Positions 27,754 to 34,245 of a stretch of 44,760 nucleotides of DNA are shown piece by piece; within the stretch, counting starts at the first letter, position 1, and every line of letters starts with the position of its first letter. The stretch comes from Pseudomonadales bacterium (GTDB lineage: Bacteria; Pseudomonadota; Gammaproteobacteria; Pseudomonadales; Pseudohongiellaceae): assembly GCA_023257855.1 (NCBI GenBank), contig JALRBG010000321.1, positions 1-44,760 of the forward strand, in the 5' to 3' direction. The translations under genes were made by a program, and so were the position numbers. The notes under the pieces are model-generated. The model did not search any database, was not told the DNA's origin, and was given only the letters and a program-made list of their open reading frames with translations.

Positions 27754-28814
27754 TAAGGCAAACGCGAGTAGGTGTAATCTCCCGATACATGGGAAAGAAT
27801 AAACGACTCTACCTCGCCGTCATCGTTGACGACAAAACGGTACGACAGTCCCAGGCCGTCGAACAGGGTCTCTGACAGCGGCACCAGCGTACGCGGTACA
27901 CCCTGCTCCAGCCCCGCCGCCCCGAGCCCGAGTGCGCTGTAGTTACCGACGATCTTCGCGATCAGTTCGTTGCCCTCCAGGGTGACTTCGTAGGTGCGCG
28001 GGCCGTCAGTATAGATCCCGCGATACGAGCCCACATATTTTGCCAAGATATCCGGCGACACCGAGACACCCTTGTCGGCCGCATCGGTGAGCCTGCCTTC
28101 CCAGGTTTCACTGCCGCGCTCACAGACCGACTCCAGCATGCCGGTATCAGCCTGCAGGCGCATGGCCGAGGTGTAGCCCCACGGTGCCGTGAAGGCATCG
28201 GGATCACTGAAGGTCGCCTCGATCTGCAGATGGCCAAAATCCGTGCGCGTGATGCGCTCGGTGACGCGCAGTGCCTCCGTATGCGAGACACCGTATCGGC
28301 TCACCCAGGTCTGGTCGTTGAAACCGTTTGATTCCACCACGAGGGTGTCGCCTTCCCAGTGCCCGGCGGAGTGACCCGTAAAACTCGGAAAGGGATTGGT
28401 TTCGAGTTCGCGCCCGTCGAGGTGTATCACCCGCCAGGTCAGGTCTTCATTCAGGATGACCAGCATGTCCGGTGTTTGCACATAACGTTTCCAGCCGCCG
28501 GCACTTTCCGTTTCGGGGCCGTTCGGCAGGCAGGTGAACAGTGGGCGTGCCTTGTAATACTCAACCTGGCGGTCCCGGGCCAGGTCGGCGACCCATGGCT
28601 GCAGGATAGCGGGATCCAGATCCGCGACGGGCGGCGGACCGTTCCACAGGCCGGTGAGATCCGGCTTGCCATCCGGCGTGCGAGGTGCTGGCGCGCTCAG
28701 ATCCGGGCTGCCATCCGGGGAGCGCGGAATACCCGGCCACGGCCGGTCCAGCCACTGGGCGGCTGCAGGCAGCGATAGTGCGATCAGTACAGTAAATGCG
28801 AAGACATGTTTCAT
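27753..28814 (-). CDS. L-family secreted protein, copy L4 (orphan, with extra C-terminal domain)
   Basis: Start moved to 28814 (MKHVFAFTVLIALSLPAAAQ, RBS GGAGAGGG). Contains DLTGLW, LFTCLPNG, IHLDGRELE, GHSAGHWEGDTLVVE, DPDAFTAPW and SVCERG. An additional ~100-aa C-terminal beta-rich domain follows (YVGSYRG...TYEVTLEGNELIAK...). Confidence 0.75.
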   Translation of the reverse strand: MKHVFAFTVLIALSLPAAAQWLDRPWPGIPRSPDGSPDLSAPAPRTPDGKPDLTGLWNGPPPVADLDPAILQPWVADLARDRQVEYYKARPLFTCLPNGPETESAGGWKRYVQTPDMLVILNEDLTWRVIHLDGRELETNPFPSFTGHSAGHWEGDTLVVESNGFNDQTWVSRYGVSHTEALRVTERITRTDFGHLQIEATFSDPDAFTAPWGYTSAMRLQADTGMLESVCERGSETWEGRLTDAADKGVSVSPDILAKYVGSYRGIYTDGPRTYEVTLEGNELIAKIVGNYSALGLGAAGLEQGVPRTLVPLSETLFDGLGLSYRFVVNDDGEVESFILSHVSGDYTYSRLP

Positions 28815-28884
28815 GTATATCCCTCTCCCGGGACATCTTACCGCAGTAATCAGTGCTATGGAGAATCCTCCACCTGCTCCAGCG

Positions 28885-29790
28885 TCATGCGCCCTTCCCT
28901 TCAATCACCCAGGCGGCGCATTCGGTACCCAGCTCTTTAACCGCCAGGTCGACATATTCCTGGTAGTCAGCCTCGGTCAGCACATCCTTCCAGCGGTTGT
29001 TGGTACCCTTGTTAATGAATGCCTTCGCCCCGCCGGCAAACACCTGCCCGCCCATGGGGGTGACCTGTTCGGCATGCGCCTTCATCCAGTCGAAGATGCA
29101 GTATTCGACGATTTTCGGCCAACGGCTTTCCTCGACGTCGATTTCCAGGAAATCGGCGATATCGCGCATCTCTCCCTCGAGGTCGTGCTTGAGGTCGTTG
29201 TAATGGAAAAGTTTGATATTGGGCAGGTCGCGGTACTGCCACCAGGTGCGGATGTTTTCCCAGAATGACCACATGGGATAACCATCCTCGCGCAGCATGC
29301 GGTACCAGAACGTTTTCACGTCCGCAGGGGGCGGCTCAAGCGGCGGCCCCACCAGTCCCGGCGTGTCGTTGAACATGTGATAGGCCTCCTCGGTGAAATT
29401 GAGCAGGTGGTTGTGCAGGCTCCAGACGATGTCGGGAAAATTACGGGTGACATAGAGGTACTTGCAGGCCGGGTTGAAGACGAGCGCGTCCAGCGGCAGG
29501 TGGGTCTTGATGAAGCGGCGTTTTGTCTGCCCCTCCAGGATATCCATCTTAACTTCATAGGGCATGACGCGGACTTCCAGCCAGGGTGTCAGCTGCTCGG
29601 TGGGCAGGTTCGGATCACCGCCGTAAATCAGCTGGCCGACAATCTGCTGTGTCCAGGTGGTGCCCGCCTTGGCGTAGGTGCCGATGATGATGTCGTCATC
29701 ACGAAACGGAAAATCATTCCAGATGGTGGAATCCATGTGATGGTTATGGAGTTCCCGGGTCTTGCACGGCAGCGGTATGGCGTCGCTCAT
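28885..29790 (-). CDS. PAPS-dependent sulfotransferase (cytosolic SULT-like, Sulfotransfer_1 type)
   Basis: 301 aa. The 5'-phosphosulfate-binding loop is TYAKAGTTW. The catalytic His region is IKTHLP. The 3'-phosphate motif is YVTRNFPDIVWSLHNH. No signal peptide. Confidence 0.8.
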   Translation of the reverse strand: MSDAIPLPCKTRELHNHHMDSTIWNDFPFRDDDIIIGTYAKAGTTWTQQIVGQLIYGGDPNLPTEQLTPWLEVRVMPYEVKMDILEGQTKRRFIKTHLPLDALVFNPACKYLYVTRNFPDIVWSLHNHLLNFTEEAYHMFNDTPGLVGPPLEPPPADVKTFWYRMLREDGYPMWSFWENIRTWWQYRDLPNIKLFHYNDLKHDLEGEMRDIADFLEIDVEESRWPKIVEYCIFDWMKAHAEQVTPMGGQVFAGGAKAFINKGTNNRWKDVLTEADYQEYVDLAVKELGTECAAWVIEGKGA

Positions 29791-29808
29791 GATTTACCTA
29801 CTATTATC

Positions 29809-29855
29809 GTTTCGAAACAGTGAAACTTTTCAGGTCAGCTATCAGACCTGAAAAG
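29809..29855. promoter_or_regulatory. palindrome GTTTCGAAAC and an 11-bp-stem hairpin upstream of the sulfotransferase gene
   Basis: GTTTCGAAAC lies at 29809-29818, about 20 nt upstream of ATG 29790. CTTTTCAGGTC (29826-29836) / GACCTGAAAAG (29845-29855) form a hairpin with an 8-nt loop. Confidence 0.45.
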
Positions 29856-30026
29856 GTTTTCCGACTGCTCCTGCATGTTCTTCCTCAGGTCTTCATCGTT
29901 CTGCGAGGCGATCATGACATCGAGCAGCTTGCGGGTTTCATCCCGGCTTGGCAGTGTGCCGGATGATCCGGGTCAAGTAAACGCCGGAATCCAGCGACAC
30001 GGTAATTCTGTGTGCATTCGGCAGGA
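29835..30026 (-). pseudogene. possible frameshifted ribbon-helix-helix-like small gene remnant
   Basis: One minus-strand frame reads VVLPNAHRITVSLDSGVYLTRIIRHTAKPG*. The frame shifted by one nt continues ...SRDETRKLLDVMIASQNDEDLRKNMQEQSENLFRSDS*. There is no canonical start codon. The hairpin at 29826-29855 overlaps the stop. This is my own translation and is speculative. Confidence 0.25.
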
Positions 30027-30072
30027 CAACTCATTATTATTTCTACCCTGTACAACCTAGGGGGTTATCACC

Positions 30073-30474
30073 ATGTTTAGCAAGTTGCTTTCGTGCCTGG
30101 TCCTGATTGGCCTGCTGCACGCATCAGGTGCACAGGCACACCACAGCTTTGCCGCTGAATTCAGTTATGACGAATTCGGGACGATCGAAGGCGAGGTGAT
30201 CGAGGTTCTGTTCGTCAATCCGCACGCCCGGTTCTTCGTCGCCGTCATCAACGAGGCCGGCGAGGAGGAGATCTGGGACACCCAGACATCGAGCAGTGTC
30301 GGCCTTACCCGTTTCGGCTGGGTCAAGGATTCCCTGCAGGTGGGCGACAAGGTAGAAATGGAAGGCAATCTGGGCCGCAACAATACGCGCAAGCTCTGGA
30401 TTCGCAAGGTCACTTTTGAAGATGGCCGCGTGATTACACCGACACCGGGAGGAGCAGCCAGTGAAAAGGATTAA
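30073..30474 (+). CDS. S-family small secreted protein, copy S2 (predicted mature N-terminus HHS)
   Basis: 133 aa, ...LLHASGAQA|HHSFAAEF..., with VNPHARFFV, LTRFGW and GDKVEMEG motifs. RBS GGGGG upstream. Confidence 0.8.
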   Translation: MFSKLLSCLVLIGLLHASGAQAHHSFAAEFSYDEFGTIEGEVIEVLFVNPHARFFVAVINEAGEEEIWDTQTSSSVGLTRFGWVKDSLQVGDKVEMEGNLGRNNTRKLWIRKVTFEDGRVITPTPGGAASEKD

Positions 30475-31480
30475 TCCCCTCCTGCAGTTCACCACCCTCA
30501 TAGCCTTCCTGCTGCTGGCCCCTGTCGCCGGCGCCCAGATCACCGGCCAGTGGTTCCTCACCATCGATCACGGCGGTGAGCGCCTTGGCATACTCACCGT
30601 GGAGGAAAACCAGGGCAGCCTGGAAGGCTTCATTGACGGCGGCCCCATCGACCTCAGCCTGCAGGGCAGTACCATCGAAATGACGGCGGATTACCGTGAT
30701 GGCGGCGGCAGGCTGCTCAGCCGGCATCTCACCGGATCCGTGGCCAACGGCATGATGAGCGGCACCCTGGTAGCCGTCCATGACAATTCAAGCGGTACCT
30801 GGCGTGCAGAACCGTGGCGTGGTCCGTCATCATCCGCGCCCCCAGCCCCGGTCGACCTGACCGGCATCTGGTCACGCATCTCGGCCGGCACGGAAAAGGT
30901 CCACCTGGATTACACGGCTGCCGCAGATGCTCGAATCGCCGACTATCATTACCTGGACGATCCCGCCCTGCGCTGCATATCCCCCGGCCTGGTTCGCGTC
31001 TCCGGCTGGCCCTATCCGGTGGAAATCGTGCAGAACGACACGCAGGTCACCATCCTTTACGAAAGCTTTCACGAAGTCAGGCGCATTTTTACAGACGGCC
31101 GCGATTTTCCCGACGACCTGCCCGCAACGGCGATGGGCTATTCCATCGGCCACTGGGAAGGCAGCACCCTGGTGGTGGAAACGCGCCAGTTGAAACCCGG
31201 CTATGTGGACCTGGCGGGGCAGCCCCTGTCGGAGAATGCCCTGGTCACCGAACATATGTCCCTGGCAGACAACGGCAACATACTGCGCAGCCTGCTGACC
31301 CTGCATGACCCGGAATTCTATGCACGCCCCATCACCCGCTATCGGCAGTGGCGGCGCACCCCGGATACCGCGATCCTGGAATACGACTGCGACCCCTACC
31401 CCTTCTTCCGCGGCCTGGAACTGGAGGGAACGCTGGACGAGTACTGGCAGCGCATGCGCCAGGCCGCGCGCAGGCGCTGA
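30461..31480 (+). CDS. L-family secreted protein, copy L2 (with extra N-terminal beta-rich domain)
   Basis: GTG start 6 nt after GGGAGGAG, overlapping the S2 3' end by 14 nt. Signal peptide LLLAPVAGAQ. Contains DLTGIW, ALRCISPG, RRIFTDGRDFP, GYSIGHWEGSTLVVE, HDPEFYARP and YDCDP. Confidence 0.8.
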   Translation: MKRINPLLQFTTLIAFLLLAPVAGAQITGQWFLTIDHGGERLGILTVEENQGSLEGFIDGGPIDLSLQGSTIEMTADYRDGGGRLLSRHLTGSVANGMMSGTLVAVHDNSSGTWRAEPWRGPSSSAPPAPVDLTGIWSRISAGTEKVHLDYTAAADARIADYHYLDDPALRCISPGLVRVSGWPYPVEIVQNDTQVTILYESFHEVRRIFTDGRDFPDDLPATAMGYSIGHWEGSTLVVETRQLKPGYVDLAGQPLSENALVTEHMSLADNGNILRSLLTLHDPEFYARPITRYRQWRRTPDTAILEYDCDPYPFFRGLELEGTLDEYWQRMRQAARRR

Positions 31481-31498
31481 ACACGGCCTGAACCGTAT

Positions 31499-31525
31499 GC
31501 CCGGTGAAATGGACATTCACCGGGC
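31499..31525 (+). other. intercistronic hairpin between L2 and the YVTN propeller gene
   Basis: GCCCGGTGAA / TTCACCGGGC form a 10-bp perfect stem with a 7-nt loop. No U-tract follows. Confidence 0.5.
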
Positions 31526-31569
31526 CAGTTCATATCCTAGTAACTGACGACAACCTACCGGCTACCGTA

Positions 31570-32601
31570 ATGAAAAAGTTATTCCCTTTTCTTTCCATGT
31601 TTCTTTCCATGTTCATTTCCGCGCTTGCCATCGCCCAGGAAGGCAGCGTTATCTATGTCACCAACGAGGATTCCAACACGGTATCCGTGATTTCCGGCGA
31701 CACCCACGAGGTCATCGCCACCATTCCCGTCGGCAAGCGCCCGCGCGGCATCAAGGTGAGCCCGGATGGCAGCGTCTTTTATGTCGCCCTGAGCGGTTCA
31801 CCCAAGTGCCCGCCAACCATGGACGACGAGGAATGTGAAAAGATGGTGGCCGACAAGTCTGCGGACGGCATCGCCGAAGTGAATGCCGTGACACAGGAAG
31901 TGGTCCGTATTCTGCCGAGCGGCTCCGACCCCGAGCAATTCGACGTGAACTGGGAGACCGGCAGACTGTATGTGTCAAACGAGGACACCCACACCTCGAG
32001 CATCCTCGACCTGAACAGCGGCACCCTGCTGATGACCATTCCCACCGGCCTGGAACCCGAGGGTGTGCGCCTGACGCCAGACGGCAGCCGTTTCTACGTG
32101 AGCGGGGAAGTGGCCAGCGACATAACCGTGCTCAATGCCAGTACCGGTGCCGAGATCACCCGTATCGGTGTTGGGCTGCGCCCGCGTGACATCCTGTTTA
32201 CCGCCGACAGCTCGACGGCTTACATCTCCGCCGAATTCGGCGCCCTGATCAACATCATCGATGTGGCCAGCAATACCGTAACCGGTGAAATCGCGCTGCC
32301 CGAAGGCTCTCTGCCCATGGGCCTGGTGCTGTCGCCCGACGAAACCATGCTCTATGTCGCCAACGGCCGCGGCCAGACCGTGACGGCCATCGGCCTGGCC
32401 AGCAGGCAGGTGGTGAATTCCGTGGTGGTTGGTCCGCGTCCCTGGGGACTGGCCATGAGCCCTGATGGCACAACACTGTATTCAGCCAACGGTCCGTCCG
32501 ACGATGTATCCGTCATCGATATCGCCAGTTTCGAGGTGGTGAAGAAGATTCCCGTGGGTGAGACGCCCTGGGGCGTCGTGACGGGTCCCGCTCCCCGCTG
32601 A
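31570..32601 (+). CDS. YVTN-family beta-propeller repeat protein (of the type associated with PQQ-dependent catabolism)
   Basis: Signal peptide MKKLFPFLSMFLSMFISALAIAQ. Repeated units are of the form YVTNEDSNTVSVI...IPVGKRPRGIKVSPDGS. Confidence 0.8.
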   Translation: MKKLFPFLSMFLSMFISALAIAQEGSVIYVTNEDSNTVSVISGDTHEVIATIPVGKRPRGIKVSPDGSVFYVALSGSPKCPPTMDDEECEKMVADKSADGIAEVNAVTQEVVRILPSGSDPEQFDVNWETGRLYVSNEDTHTSSILDLNSGTLLMTIPTGLEPEGVRLTPDGSRFYVSGEVASDITVLNASTGAEITRIGVGLRPRDILFTADSSTAYISAEFGALINIIDVASNTVTGEIALPEGSLPMGLVLSPDETMLYVANGRGQTVTAIGLASRQVVNSVVVGPRPWGLAMSPDGTTLYSANGPSDDVSVIDIASFEVVKKIPVGETPWGVVTGPAPR

Positions 32602-32616
32602 ACGCGGGTACAGGCC

Positions 32617-33186
32617 CTACCTGAATCGTGCCGCCATCCGGATAACGGATTGCGGCTGGCCGTCGATCCGGTACATGTCCTGAATTTCACACAAGTGCTC
32701 GAAACCGGCACCCTGGTACAGGGCCAGCGCTGGCGTATTGCCGCCAAGCACCTCGATATCGATCCACTCGATGCCGTCGCTGTCGCGCACCCACTGGCAG
32801 ACATAATCCAGCAGTTGCCGTGACAACCCCCGCCGCCTGAACGCCTTGCCCACACCCATGCCCAGCAGCGCCCTGTGCAATATCACGCTGTCTACATGGG
32901 CGCGCAGGTCGACATGTCCCATGATGTCGCCCGCCGCGTTGCAGATGACCCAGGCACGCCGCCATCCCGGCTGGCCAATGGACCTCGACAGGCCGGCAAC
33001 GAAAGCCGATTCTTTTTCTGAGGGGAATTCCACCACGTCACGCGATACTGGCTGGAACAGGGGATAGCCTTCCTTGCCATTGATGGCAAGCTGGGCATTC
33101 AGGTACGCGAAAAAATCCGGGTAATCCGCTGCAGCCAGTTCACGAATGTGTGTTTCCATGGCAGTCAGGGCAAGGACATCAGGCAT
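32617..33186 (-). CDS. GNAT family N-acetyltransferase
   Basis: 189 aa with the acetyl-CoA-binding segment LLGMGVGKAFRRRGLSRQLL. The start may instead be METH at 33159. The 33186 start overlaps the upstream stop by 8 nt. Confidence 0.75.
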   Translation of the reverse strand: MPDVLALTAMETHIRELAAADYPDFFAYLNAQLAINGKEGYPLFQPVSRDVVEFPSEKESAFVAGLSRSIGQPGWRRAWVICNAAGDIMGHVDLRAHVDSVILHRALLGMGVGKAFRRRGLSRQLLDYVCQWVRDSDGIEWIDIEVLGGNTPALALYQGAGFEHLCEIQDMYRIDGQPQSVIRMAARFR

Positions 33187-34102
33187 ATTCGCTAGCCAGC
33201 CTGGTCCGGGTCCGCTCTAGCAGCGCCTTGGTCAGCCGGATGCCCTCGACATCCTCGATGGTACGGCCTTCGTACTCGACGCCGACGTAACCGCGGTAAC
33301 CTGCATCGAGGACGATTCGCATCATGCGGTCGAAGTCCGTGAAAGTTTCATTGCCAGCGGCATCGAAATCATACGTCTTGGCACTGGCCCCCCGCGCGAA
33401 AGGCATCAGCTCCTGCACGCCCAGGTAGTGGTCGTACATCTCCTCGGGCGTAATGCGGAAATTGCCGAAATCAGGCAGTGTGCCGCAGTTGTCCGCATCG
33501 ACTATCTGCATGACGCCGGCCAGCCACTTGCCGTTGCTGGACAGGCCGCCATGATTCTCCACGATGACATTGATGCCGTAATCGGCGGCAAATTCACACA
33601 GGCGCTGCAGCCCGTCTGCAGCCAGCTTCTGCTGCTCTGCATACTCGCCACTGGACTGCGCATTGACGCGGATGGAATGACAGCCAAGCCAGGCGGCCGC
33701 CGCAACCCACTTGTAGTGGTTGGTAATGGCCATGGTACGAGCGGCGCTGTCAGGATCACCCAGCGCCCCTTCCCGGTCACACATGATGAGTACGCTGCGG
33801 ACCCCGTTGTCGTCGCAGCGCTGTTTCAGTTCAGCGAGGTAATTCTTGTCCTCTGCCTTGTCCATCCAGAACTGGTTGACGTATTCCACCGCCGCGATGC
33901 CGAATTCATTGCGGGCATAGGCGGGAAAATCGAGATTGGTGAGTTCACCGCCGAACAGGCGCCGAAACAATGACCACTCCGCGAGGGATATATCGAAAAG
34001 CTCTTTGTCCTGCCCGTAAGCAAGTGTAGACAGGCAGGACCCCATGGCCATGCTGCAGCCGGCTACTGCGGTCGATTTCAGGATTTTTCGGCGATTTGTC
34101 AT
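33179..34102 (-). CDS. Tat-exported xylose-isomerase-like TIM-barrel protein (sugar phosphate isomerase/epimerase family)
   Basis: Start moved to 34102 (MTNRRKILKSTAVAG..., RBS GGAGGG). The twin-arginine motif is NRRKILK. The body has family-typical blocks (IAAVEYVN, HSIRVN, VIVENHGG, VGVEYEG). Confidence 0.75.
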   Translation of the reverse strand: MTNRRKILKSTAVAGCSMAMGSCLSTLAYGQDKELFDISLAEWSLFRRLFGGELTNLDFPAYARNEFGIAAVEYVNQFWMDKAEDKNYLAELKQRCDDNGVRSVLIMCDREGALGDPDSAARTMAITNHYKWVAAAAWLGCHSIRVNAQSSGEYAEQQKLAADGLQRLCEFAADYGINVIVENHGGLSSNGKWLAGVMQIVDADNCGTLPDFGNFRITPEEMYDHYLGVQELMPFARGASAKTYDFDAAGNETFTDFDRMMRIVLDAGYRGYVGVEYEGRTIEDVEGIRLTKALLERTRTRLASEYA

Positions 34103-34201
34103 ATGCCCTCCAGGCATGTTCCGCGTTGATAGGGCATTACCCTTCCTTGCCGTGTGGCCCCAATAGTGCCATATTCTGCGCCTGGTCGGCCAAAAATAAA
34201 T

Positions 34202-34225
34202 AACCACAAAACCACAAAACCACAA
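34202..34225 (+). repeat. AACCACAA x3 tandem repeat in the leader of the MFS transporter gene
   Basis: Three perfect 8-mers are followed by AAAAAGAA (34224-34231), 15 nt before ATG 34246. Confidence 0.6.
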
Positions 34226-34245
34226 AAAGAATATCAGGGGATGCT

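Noticed and set aside
29875-30060. 61-aa plus-strand ORF in the sulfotransferase/S2 spacer.
   Set aside because: It has a Ser/Leu-rich low-information translation and no RBS. The opposite strand gives a more protein-like, though frameshifted, reading.
31504-31569. Upstream GTG start (31504) for the YVTN propeller gene, and similar long N-terminal extensions in the track for the genes ending at 23681, 28904, 34225, 38899, 41537 and 43599.
   Set aside because: In each case an internal ATG directly begins a signal peptide or Rossmann motif, in most cases preceded by a good Shine-Dalgarno sequence. The extensions are Arg/Trp/Cys-rich and overlap neighbouring genes or promoters.
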